Below are positions 12,333 to 23,500 of a DNA stretch of 64,000 nucleotides, piece after piece (position 1 is the first letter of the stretch; each line of letters begins with the position of its first letter). The stretch is taken from NCBI GenBank assembly GCA_003427395.1, contig BFEA01000014.1, forward strand, positions 1,407,446 through 1,471,445. Reading direction: 5' to 3'. The notes below the pieces were generated by a model, which was given only the letters and a program-made list of their open reading frames with translations, did not search any database and was not told where the DNA came from. This DNA comes from Chara braunii. Lineage: Eukaryota > Plantae > Charophyceae. The translations under genes and the position numbers were made by a program.

Positions 12333-13162
12333 ATGGCTTCTACAAGAGGCGATCCACGAAATTCTGCATCTGCTCCCTTGCCACCGCTCAAACGGAGCAG
12401 GCCCACACTTGTTGAGCAAGCGCGGATATCCAGGGACAAACATCCTAGGGGCCGACAAATCATTCACAACAAAACCCTTGAAATGGAAGAATTTTCAAAA
12501 ATCCCGAAAAACCTCCAGCCCAATACGACGTGGTCGAGAGAGGCCTCCTTCTGCACACCATGTGGCTATGGGCAGACGACAAGAGAGTCCTGGACATGAC
12601 GCTCGGGAACATGGGGGAAGAGGACGGTGTTGAAGACACGAATTGGACGCTCGCCCACACGTCCAGCGACGCTGACCTTCTGGTGCTGCTGCGAAGAGGC
12701 ACGGTTTACGATTACGCAGAAAACCTCACAAATCCGCCTATCAGAATGGTGGTCGCTTTCTCACACACGACTGAGCACAAGTATTTCAGCCAGCGGCTGA
12801 TCCCTGCGTTCAACACAAATGTCAAGTTCATGGATCCATGACCAACAATTGTACAGGAGCTGCCACCGGTAGCACCTGACGTTCCACATGCAGATGCTCA
12901 CGCACAACCAATTCCACCACCGCCAGTCTTGCTCCCGCATCAACTCACACCGCCACCTCAGCTTCCGATTCACAATGCTATGCAATATCCTCCTTCTGCT
13001 TCGCTTCCACAGACTTCTTCCCATGCAAATGATTCAGAAACGTCACTCATAGCTTCAACATTTTCTGCCACACTTTCGCAAGCTCCTGTTGATGCTCTTC
13101 CTCATGCCGCGTGTGATGCCATGTCCCAGCACCCAGACAACGACCCGACAGGTTCTGTTTAA
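12333..13162 (+). pseudogene. Helitron accessory ORF A, unknown function (paralogue of 13641-14450)
   Basis: ORFs 12333-12599, 12530-12841 and 12929-13162 join via a frameshift near 12520 and a TGA at 12839. Co-linear similarity with ORF B; Pro-rich tail. Confidence 0.75.
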
Positions 13163-13640
13163 CGAGCTATGCCTTCGCTTCTGCATACCATACGCACATT
13201 GTGAGCAAGTCATGGTCTGCTTCGGTCTCATCTGCATAGGGCCACCTGCTTGTTAATCAAATGCAAGTGCGAGCGTTTTGTAGTCAACAGCAGAATAGGG
13301 TTGTTACAGAGGGTTTCCCTCCTCGTTTCTAAAATATAGTTGATGTAGTGGTCTGCCTTCTTCTCCTCAACCCCATCATCGCCACCGCATGTGTATACCC
13401 TTTCGTTTCCGTTCCGTGAAATTCTCCGCTCGCTTTAGATAACTCGCCCGCATGAAATACGTGGTCAGTCTCCCTCTCATGATCTCTCTTTCTCTTTCTC
13501 TTCCATCATGTCTCTTTCAATTCTGTCATCATCTCTCTCGCTCTCTCTCTGATCACATCTTCAGTGAATGAAAGGGTTTAAGCATCAACTTGTTTCGGGC
13601 GACCATTGACGACACCTGTTCACCTCTGTGTTTCCAGATC

Positions 13641-14450
13641 ATGGCCTCAACAGTCTTGGTCGCTGCTGCAGGCGAAGGACGTGACCCTTTGCCACCTTTC
13701 AAACGTGACAGTGGACAAATGCAGCAATTCCCAAAAGACATGCAATGGAAACGCCCAAGGCGGCAACAAATTGTCCATAACAAGACAGTCGAAATGGAGA
13801 ATTTCATAAGGTCGAAAAAACCTACAGAGCAATGTCGGGTCATCGAAAGAGGATTGCTTGTGCACTCGATCTAGCGACACGCAAACGGGATACGTGTTAT
13901 CAACATGGCATTGGCAGACGTTGACCAACAAGCAGCAGTTCAAGACATTCACTGGACACTTACACACACATACGGCGACACACAGGCTGAGACATTGGTC
14001 TTACTCAGGACAAGCACAATATATGACTACAAAGACAATTTTGAGATACTGCCTGTCGGAACACTTCTCACGTTCACTGCAACAACGGGTCACAAATACT
14101 ACAGCAGACGGAACATTCCATCATTCAACACAAACATCAGATTCATGGAGCTGCAGCCTGCAGTTGTCGCACGACCGCCAGAACTGGATGTGTTTGATGC
14201 ACCGCCAGATGTTGGTGATGACGAGGATGACGACGATGATGCTGACTATGATGATGACGAGGAGGAAGACACGGAGGACGGCGATGGGGAGGTGTTTGAT
14301 GCACCGCCAGTTGACATGGATGCGCCACTGCTTCCCCACGAAATTTTGGAGACCAGCGATCAACCGCCCGCATCTTCTGACCAGACAGACACATCTCCAC
14401 CACCATGTTCAGACCACGTTACTGGCTACTACGTTGGCAGATCAACATAA
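13641..14450 (+). pseudogene. Helitron accessory ORF B, unknown function, with acidic tail
   Basis: Single frame from ATG 13641 to 14450 with one TAG at 13872, where ORF A has Trp. Shares blocks PLPPxKR, QIxHNKTxEMExF, ERGLLxH, WTLxHT, LVLLR, YDY, HKY and IPxFNTNxxFM with ORF A. D/E-rich C-terminal tract. Confidence 0.8.
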
Positions 14451-14671
14451 AATGTCCTCCCTTCACTTAGTTGGCTATCCTTTACTACGTGCGCATGCTG
14501 TTGCCCTCATCCATGCACAACACGGTTGGGTGGTCGAATCACTTCAGATGACACTTTTTTTTTTTTTTTTTTGACAGCTTTTCTCTTTTGTTCTTCGATG
14601 TTGTGTGCATCTGCCACATAGACGGGTGAACAGTTGAGCACTCTTACTTCATTGCCCTTACAATTTTGTTT

Positions 14672-16020
14672 GGTTTCCTGTTCGAGTTTTGTTTGGTCGT
14701 CTCCTCCGTCAGTCTACGCACAGCCACGGCATATCAGGCCACTGTACAATACTTGCATGTCACCTGTACCCACAACATATCAGACATGCTCTGCTCTGCC
14801 CTTCTTTTTTGCAGTTGACTGGCCACAAAACGCTCTAATTTTGTTTGCCTGCCCTTTGCCTCTCTTTTTTGTAGTTGACTGAGGTTTTTCTGTGGCTTGT
14901 TTTTGTCCATACTCAGCATTCTAGTTTCTAGCAGATGCTATATCTTAGACCGCAATTGGGTCAACGCACCGACACTCCTTGTACAACTGGCTTCGCCGCA
15001 AGCATGCTTCGGTTCATTGGGCATGGAAGCCAAAGTGGTTGGCCCTGTAGAGTGAAGCATAGTCATGTCAGCACGTAAGAGGGGGGAGGGGTGTGGTTTC
15101 ATGTTCGAGTTTTGTTTCGTCATCTCCTCCTTCAGTCTACGCACAGCCACGGCATATCAGGCCACTGTACAATACTTGCATGTCACCTGTACCCACAACA
15201 TATCAGACATGCTCTGCTTTGCCCTTCTTTTTTGCAGTTGACTGCCCACAAAACGTTCTAATTTCGTTTGTCTGTGCTTTGCCTCTCTTTTCTGCAGTTG
15301 ACTGAGGTTTTTCTGTGGCTTGTTTTTGTCCATACTCAACATTCTAGTTTCTAGCAGATGCTACGTCTTAGACCGCAATTGGGCCAACGCACCGACACTC
15401 CTCGTACGACTGGCTTCGCTGAAAGCATGCTTCGGTTCACTGGGCATGGAAGCCAAAGTGGTTTGCCCTGCAAAGTGGAGCATAGTCATGTAGTTTCCTC
15501 TTCGAGTTTTGTTTCGTCGTCTCCTCCGTCACTCTACGCACAGCCACGGCACATCAGGCCACTGTGCAATACTTGCATGTCACCTGTACGCACAACATAT
15601 CAGACATGCTCTGCTTTGCCCTTCTTTTTTGCAGTTGACTGCCCACTTTCTAGCAAATGCTACATCTTAGACCGCAATTGGGTCAACGCACCAACGCTCC
15701 TCGTATGACTGGCTTGGCTGCAAGCATGCAGGGGGGGGAGGGGTGTGGTTTCCTCTTCGAGTTTTGTTTCGTCGTCTCCTCCGAGTCCGCCAGTCTACGC
15801 ACAACCACATGTCACCTGTACGCACAACATATCAGACATGCTCTGCTTTGCCCTTCTTTTTTGCAGTTGACTGTCCACTTTCTAGCAAATGCTACATCTT
15901 AGACCGCAATTGGGTCAACGCACCAACACTCCTCGTACGACTGGCTTCGCTGCAAGCATGCTTCGGTTCATTGGGCATGGAAGCCAAAGTGGTTTGCCCT
16001 GCAAAGTGGAGCATAGTCAT
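14672..16020 (+). repeat. Tandem array of ~423-bp units (2 near-complete and 2 internally deleted copies)
   Basis: Units start at ~14672, 15095, 15492 and 15747 (TTCGAGTTTTGTTT...CACAACATATCAGACATGCTCTGC...CTTAGACCGCAATTGGG). Near-identical spurious ORFs are offset by 423 bp (14734 vs 15157). Confidence 0.95.
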
Positions 16021-16334
16021 ATCTTGTATCTCCGTGTTCACGAATTTGGCTTTCGTTTGCCTCTGCTTTGTCTTTCACTTGTTGCAGTTCACCGAGGTTT
16101 TCCTAGACATTTGGTTTCAATTTTTGTGTTTTACATGTACCTTGTTTCTATCTATAGTCAACAGTCTAGATTCTTGAACATGCTACGTCTCACACCGATG
16201 TGTTTTGATTCTCTTTGTTAAATGGTACATGACTACTATGCAAAATGATGGTTAGAGAAAGACAAGCCTCTCTACATATATACACAACGCTTCAGTAGAC
16301 ATCAAAGTTTTCTGCCTTTTCAACAAGTCCACAA

Positions 16335-16408
<74 letters not shown>

Positions 16409-16449
16409 ATTTGAACTCCGTTGTGATTGGGGGTAAAATTACATGCAAA

Positions 16450-16496
<47 letters not shown>

Positions 16497-16502
<6 letters not shown>

Positions 16503-16653
16503 TTACATCCACACACTCTTGTTGTGTTCCGGAATGCATTGCTAACACATGATGTGTTGTGGTAGGTCACTATGCGGTGCTCTCTCTCTTTTTCTCTCAA
16601 CCACCTGGTCAACTACCCCAATTATGTGATGTCAGGCTGGCATCTGCAAATGA
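16497..16653 (+). repeat. ~157-bp direct repeat, right copy, preceded by (CT)n/(CA)n
   Basis: Matches 2593-2749; a partial third copy lies at ~16942-16975. Confidence 0.9.
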
Positions 16654-16685
16654 TCGTCCACGTTTGCATTAATCCATTTGACTAA

Positions 16686-16723
<38 letters not shown>

Positions 16724-18366
16724 CTCCACTGTGATTGGGGGTAAAATTACATGCAAGCCTGAGTGCTGATTACAATTGATTTCCATTTCGATTCTATTTT
16801 CAGTATTTCTGTGGTTTCTCTGTGTATTATTATCATCCGATCTGTTGTGGACTGCTCTCTCCAAACGTCGCTTGCCATTGCACATATGTATAATGTGTGG
16901 GATCGTGTACATGCCATGTTGGATCTCGTTTCAATCTCTCTCAGAATGCATTGCTAACACATGTTGTGTTGTGGGAGTATAATCGCAAATTATATGTGGG
17001 TCAATTTCAAATTGTACGAGACTCCCCGGTCACACAACACATCCGTATACATGCAAAACAGAAAGGACACAGTCTCGACCTGCTCAGACCGGTAGGCCAA
17101 GTGATCGCGAGTGCGGTTGGAGGGGGGCATACCAACGGTCACGAATAGCGGTCGGCGAGCCGTTTTCATGGACAGTGCCCGGTTTTCCATTTCAGGCGAT
17201 ATCGAGCGAAGGTGCAATTTTCGGAAGGCCAGGCCGAAGTGGGTTTCAAGGTGTGCACAGCAGGCAGTCGAGGTCTTCGTATTCGTAAAACGAAAAAAAA
17301 AACACTAGAAGCAGTGAGTTCCCTCAGCACCCGAATATGAACGTGTTTGTGGAGATGTGCGGTTGAGGAAACTCAACGTGGTTTCCTGCACATCTCAACA
17401 AACACGTCCAGATTCGGGCACCGAGGAAACTCAACGCTGCCAGTGTATCATTCAGCCATCGGCCCCGCCACATGGGCAGGGGTGATCTTGTTTTTTTTTC
17501 CTTTTTTTTTTGGTCTAAATCTTGGTTATTCGAGCAACAACGGAACAAATTTTGGGGAGGGTGTGAACTACCCCCTTCCCCCGAACACAACGCACCCGCA
17601 TTTGGCTATGTGTTGTATTCAGGGGATGACAGTAGGGAAGGCCGACGATTGACTGGCCCACCAAACGGACAACTCTTCTTTTTTTGAGAAAACTACGGCG
17701 CAGTCAGGGTTTGAGTTTGAAATTGCACTTGAGGCAAAAGGGCCGGTAATGGTGAATGTATGTAACCAACCATTCGGGACAGGTGCGGTCACATGGGCAT
17801 GTGTTGTGTTCGCAGGATTGCCTGAAGTGCAATTTCAAACTGTTTTCGTGACTGCGCCGAAGTTACCTCTTTTTTTTTTCTTTCCAGAAAAAAGCCAAGT
17901 GTAATATGGCTGTGTGGCAACCATTTCGGGCGATATCGCACGAGGGTGCAATTTTCGGAAGGTCGGGCCAAAGTGGGTTTGGAGGTGTGCACAGCAGAAT
18001 GCTGGCAGCAGTCAAAAAACGAAAACATGCTAAGTGGAGCGTGGCGACGTCCTGAGATTGGGCCCGTTTCAAGAGTGGTGTGCCCAGGCCCGTTCACAAT
18101 CTTTTTCACGCCGGCCGGTCTCGCTCCCGAGTGGCTGCGCTTCCGCGCTTGCACGACACAGTAGATGGATTTTTTTGTTTTCTTCTTCTTACATACAATG
18201 TACATGGGCCTCGCTGCACGACTCTCCAAATGTGCAAGATGAGACTGAGGGTCTCGCTCCATTACACTAGACTCACGAAAAAAAATTGTGAGGATTTCTA
18301 GAGTTGTCAGAGGTCTAGAACTCTTGAAAAAAGCACTACACTTACTCCAGACTCAAGAGCTATAGA

Positions 18367-18488
18367 GGGCCTCGCTGCACTACTCTCGAAATGTGCAAAA
18401 CGAGAGTGAATCTTCCGCTAGAATATGGAAAGATACACCGCCATGAGCTTTGTCTGTTGTGCATGTCGAGAGTAGTGCAGCGAAGCCC
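18367..18488. mobile_element. ~122-bp Tourist-like MITE (TIR GGGCCTCGCTGCACTACT, 3-bp TSD AGA)
   Basis: TIR pair with AGA on both sides. Family members at 18740-18861, 45257-45382, 47990-48114 and 49063-49184. Confidence 0.9.
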
Positions 18489-18739
18489 AGAAGCACACAG
18501 GAATTTCTCAGCGCAACATGGCAGCCCTTCTACAACGCTAGATGATGGCGCTAGCTCCTTCTGACGGTCGGGGCAGGAGACACACTTGCAAAAAAAGAGG
18601 TCCGAGCGGGGGTAGGAGGGAGGACGCTAGAAAACCTGAGTGTTGCAGGTTGTGAACTCTATACAAATAGAGAGTGCGCTTCGAGAGCGCTTTTTGACAG
18701 CTCTCAAAGGGATTTGTCATAAGTTCCAGTCTAAAGTAA

Positions 18740-18861
18740 GGACCTCGCTGCACTACTCTTGAAATGTGCAAAACGAGAGTGAATCTTTGCTAGAAACATG
18801 GCGAGATACGGCCGCATGATTTTTGTCGTTTGTGCATGTCCAAAGTAGTGCAGCGATGCCC
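18740..18861. mobile_element. ~122-bp Tourist-like MITE copy
   Basis: Same TIR and internal sequence as 18367-18488. Both copies appear nested in a larger related element (~18249-18878). Confidence 0.85.
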
Positions 18862-19294
18862 TGAGTGGAGCGAGGCCCATAATCCACCACTAAGCCACCG
18901 CTATAACATAGATAGATACATTGTCATCTTGTTTGTCTTTTGTTTGGCAGGTTGTTTTCTTCGTCAACGATTTTGGGCAATAAGGTAAGATGGGGGGAAA
19001 ATTTTTGAAAGGTCATTTGAGACCACCTCTGCAGGTGGTCTCAAAAAGAGTCCTCCCTCGGCCCACAGCCGTTGACCGAAGGGTCACCATTTTAGGCATT
19101 TGGGTAGCAGACCTCTTCAATGTGACCCGAAAAATGCCTCAAATTTTGGGATTTGAGGTCATTAGGTCCCTGTGTGAGTATGCCCTCAAGTGCGCGGCAC
19201 TAAAGCCGCGCTACACTCGCCAACCGGCAGGCGAAACAAGAAAAAGAGACGACCTCCTTGCACTTTCAGACTTACTTTCTTCTGTTCATCTGAT

Positions 19295-19361
19295 TCCATC
19301 AGGATTCGAACTCCGGCCCATATTTCAACAGTTCAAGGGTGTACCAACTGAGCTCAGGCCC
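19295..19361 (-). mobile_element. tRNA-derived (SINE-like) head
   Basis: Minus strand GGGCCTGAGCTCAGTTGGTA...GGAGTTCGAATCC contains Pol III A- and B-box-like motifs but no proper cloverleaf. Confidence 0.55.
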
Positions 19362-20053
19362 ATTGGTACCGCGTTGTACTTTTTCTTTTCCTTTTTTCTT
19401 TTTTTGTTTTCAGTAAGCTACATTTGTCTCTCAAATTCCTCATTTAAATTCCATTGGGAAGAAGGGGGGACTCGCGCCGCTGGACTGGCGTAGCAGCGCC
19501 GCCGAAGCGCTCAGTGCATGTCACCGCATAACATGTTAGGGTTTCCTAATGGCGGAGCTCCGCCACCATGGCCAGGATTCTTTCCTAGTGCCAAGGCGTA
19601 TGCGAGCAGCGGCGTTGGACAAAGGTTTCCACCAGCGATCTGAGAGGGAGGAGTGGTCCGTTGGCCACAATGCACGATGAAAATATTAGGTTTGTCCCCT
19701 GTCCGGTACGGAGCTCTGGAGCTGCAGAGTAGAACGATAGACACACAACAGCTTTTGGCGCGGAGCAGAGTGTGAGATATTTGACGCCATTCTTACAGAA
19801 CCATATGAGCAACGAATACAACGAATATCTTGGAACACATTCGAACACAAGGAGCCGAAGAACGTCATGTAGACGTGCTTTCTATGGAGCATTTTGGAAC
19901 TACGGACAAACTTTGCTTTCAATGAAGCCAGACGCAAAGCTGCGGGGATGGGAAGAAGGAAGACAACTTGACAATGATAGTGGAGACAAAAGAAGGTGTG
20001 ATATCACAAAGAACGATAAACGGGTTGGCGTTGGAGAAAAAAGTGTTGCAACC

Positions 20054-20546
20054 ATGTCATCGGAGAAGAAGCAGATGAACGTGATGAGGGAGATCGAAGT
20101 TCAGAAGCTGGTTCTAAACATATCCGTTGGAGAGAGTGACAATAGGATGACTCATTCAGCTAAGGTGTTGGAGCAACTAAGTAGATAGACTTCCATGTTC
20201 TTCAAGGCCATTTATATTGTGTCATCCTCTAGTGTTCGAAGGAATGAGAAGATCCTCTGCTACGTGAGAGGGAGAGGGTAGATAGCCTTCTTAGATTAGC
20301 TGCTTGAGAGCGGACTGAAGGTCAAGGAATACGAAGTGATGCGCAAGAACTTTAACGAGATTTTCGAATTCAAAAGCACATCGATTTAGGGATTAATTGT
20401 GATTCATCCACTATAATATGCTGTCCTCGAGAAACTTGGTTATCATGTGGTGAAAAAAAGACGATATACTTCAGGAGCTGGGATTCAACAAAGGGTGACG
20501 AACAAGGATGTCATGAGGGTGAGTTTAGGGTTCGAGGAATGCGCGG
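20054..20546 (+). pseudogene. RPL11: Processed pseudogene of 60S ribosomal protein L11 (uL5)
   Basis: [43 protein letters not shown]...RRNEKILCYV...LLESGLKVKEYE...HIDLGI...VLEKLGYHV...GIQQRVTNKDVMR follows RPL11 without introns. Contains stops, deletions and frameshifts. Confidence 0.93.
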
Positions 20547-23500
20547 TGTCGAGCGCATCGGCTCCCGCCTTTTTCACAAAGCGCGGGAGTCCTTCCGGCC
20601 ATGTCACACATGAGATAAACAAAAACAAAATCAAGAGACAACTCGGGCCCGGGAACGACGCAAAATAATCCCGCGAGCCGCCGAGACGGGCGCGGTTGCG
20701 TCGTCCCTTCGCCGCTCTAACCGGGTGCGCCAGCTGTACATCCCGCGGTCCCCTACGACAGGATAGGTTTCTGCGGGCATAAGCTTTCCTTCCATAAAGG
20801 GTTGTCACCACCCTTAGGGGCGTATCCCTACCGAACTACTGACCCACGTGCGAAAGTTTTTAGATGCAATTCCAGAGGTAGGTCAGCCGAGGGCGTTTGC
20901 TCGTTCGCTGTAGTATAGATACGTTTGGTTAACGCCAAGTGAACCCGAACGTCGTTCGTTCCTAAGGGCGCTGATCTCCTAAGTACGAAGCGAACGTCGG
21001 TCGACTAGGACGGTCTCAACCAAGCGTGAAACCCAACATAAATCCGAGTCCCTTTAACACATAATCAAAATAAAGTTATAAAAATCATATATAGTTACAT
21101 CGAAAAGGGTTGACCCCAACCGATAAGAGTGTACATCCAATCCAAAGTAATAACTGGAAAAATTTTAATCATCATTTGATACATTCAACAACACAAAATC
21201 GAAAACAATCTGACCATCTCAGGTCGAACACCACAAAACAATCATACTAAAGAGTTGACTATCAACAATAATATTGATGCAGTCGATAAAGTAATCGGTC
21301 ACGGTTGCCTTAGTTTTGACTTGATGAGATGCGCTGCCAAGGTTATTTATGTCATCCTACCGCCGACCTAAGATTGAACGCGCTCACACCCGTCTCTATA
21401 TTTTCTCAATCTTATTGGATGACAGGCTACTTTGCAATGATTCTTGATCAGGGGTATAACTTGAAGTGTTGCATACCTCTCCCTCTAGGAAGTGGTTTAG
21501 GATACTCCTCCTCCTCGTCCGAGCACAAGACTCGGATCTCAGAAGTTGGGCCTTCTCCACCGAATCGGCATTCTCCCGTAGAACGGTCCACTCTGGGTCG
21601 ATAACAGAGTCAGCTCCTAAGGCAACGAGCCCCCGCCCCAGATGCTTCCTAGAGATAGAAGATGTGTCCACTGAAGGTAGCTTTCATGTAGTTCTTTATT
21701 TCTCCTAAGTCCAAGGTAACTTAGACGAAAAGATTCCAGGAAAGGTAAAAAATGAAAATCATTTGGACAGGTATGGGTAGATGAGGTCATTCGGGATAGA
21801 CAGGGTAATTCCTTGAGAGAAGACTAAGTCCGTTTGACCTTATCTGCTTTAGTTGAATCGAATTCATTTTATAACACTCGCTCAATAATCTTTTTCGAAA
21901 CAACAAGTTCATTTGACAAACAGGCTAGTGGAAGGTAGAAAAGAAACAATCTTTTGCATCAGCCCACGTAGACACAATCGTCATTCGGAACAGAAAAAGT
22001 CATTCCTTGCGAGAAAGACCAAGTTCGTTTGATATTATTTGTTATATTATAATCGAATTCATTCAATGACATATGCTGAATTTATCTTCTTCGAAACAAC
22101 AACTTTCACTTTCACAAGCAGGCAGGTGGAGGGCAGAAGGAAAACAATTTTTTGCATCAGCCCATGTAGACACAATTAGCCTCCTTTGCAAGCATTCCTT
22201 TACCTACCTGCATGCCAAGCCAAGCAACAAGTTCAAAAGAAAGCAGTACAATCCCATACACAAGTCAGACCTCACCATTCACATGCAAACACACATCTCC
22301 TTTGCCTTTTCAATGAACATTCAATGAACAGGTCAAACAAGTGTGGGTTCACACAGGTCTGAAGGGAAATCTGAGTCAAGCGACTAACTGACCTTGAGTG
22401 AAGTTTGGTCCATCTCACTCAAGAAAGCTGAGTAATATTCCAATCATAAGAAAATGATCACCGTTGAATATGAAAATATGCGGCTCACATAAAAAATTGC
22501 GGCTTACAACTTCATAAGTTGTGGTCGTTCACTGAACAACGGTCCGCCGCCTTCTCCAAGTGTTTGATCACACCAAGGTTGTGCACACTTAAAATGTCTG
22601 AATGAGATAACCCTCAAAGAGGGTGCTTCCATGATCCAACCCTACGTCATCCCACATCCCGTACCGTCCTAATACAGTCTCAATTGCACCCTGACCACCA
22701 AAGATACTCCCCAACCAGCCGCAAGTCCACGCCGCCCCTCATCACGTCCACTCGCAATAACCACACCAACATGTCGGTCCCGATCACAACAACTAGTCCC
22801 ACCTAGTCCCCAAATGGTCCCAGATGATCTCAATGCAATCCCATACTATTGCCTGCAATACCAGATGGTCAATAACTCGAAACCGCTTGCACTGAGCGCC
22901 GCAAAAAAAATAAAGGTGGCCCCCGGTGAAACCCGCAGGTGCCGCGAGCCCCATAATTACTTCGCCGTGTGCAACCGCTCTACACTTTCTGCATGCCGTC
23001 GACCCACGCACTGCTGCCACACAATCCCAACCACGCACCAGCGTTAGCCTAACCTCTGGCCTCTATTAGAATCTGCCATAGTTGTCGCACACCACAAAAA
23101 AATAAAGCGCAGAACCGTCGCTCGCCACGCCGTCAAAACCGGTACCACGCCGTCGTGCCAAATAATATCAGCAGCAGTTCCCACCAAAGTTTCGTTGTCG
23201 CTGCCGCCGTGAAAAAACGGCAGCGCTTCCGCACCACTGCCATTAAAATCAGTGTCGCCGCCGTGCAAAACGGGCAGAGTTTCCCCTGCACTGCTTGCCA
23301 AAATTGTTACCGCCGTGCAAAACGGGAAGAGTTTACCCTGCACTGCTTGCCGAAAACTGTTGTCGCCGTGCAAAACAGGCAGAGTTTCCCCTGCACCGCT
23401 TGCCAAAAATTGTTGCCGCCACGCTGTGCAGACAACACCTTCCACTGACACCACGCACCACGGTGGCTATGACAGCCTCGTTTTTCCTCCTACCGTAGTC

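Larger units (their letters stand above)
3000..16340 (+). mobile_element. Decayed autonomous-type rolling-circle transposon (Helitron superfamily, Helentron/Helitron2-like); boundaries approximate
   Basis: Carries Rep, a PIF1-like helicase, a Ulp1-like protease, two paralogous accessory ORFs and a tandem array. No canonical 5'-TC / 3'-CTRR ends were identified, so the termini are uncertain. Confidence 0.8.

Noticed and set aside
1770-17597. Perfect 22-bp inverted pair (1770-1791 / 17576-17597) that could define a 15.8-kb TIR element around the Helitron
   Set aside because: The motif is a multi-copy MITE TIR and the flanking 3-mers differ (TAA vs GCA), so pairing is unsupported.
19295-19361. 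tRNA gene (also 24318-24360)
   Set aside because: Only A/B-box-like motifs; acceptor and anticodon stems do not form.
20519-20526. GTGAGT as an RPL11 intron donor
   Set aside because: The copy is otherwise intronless and decayed, and an RPL11-like tail can be read straight through.
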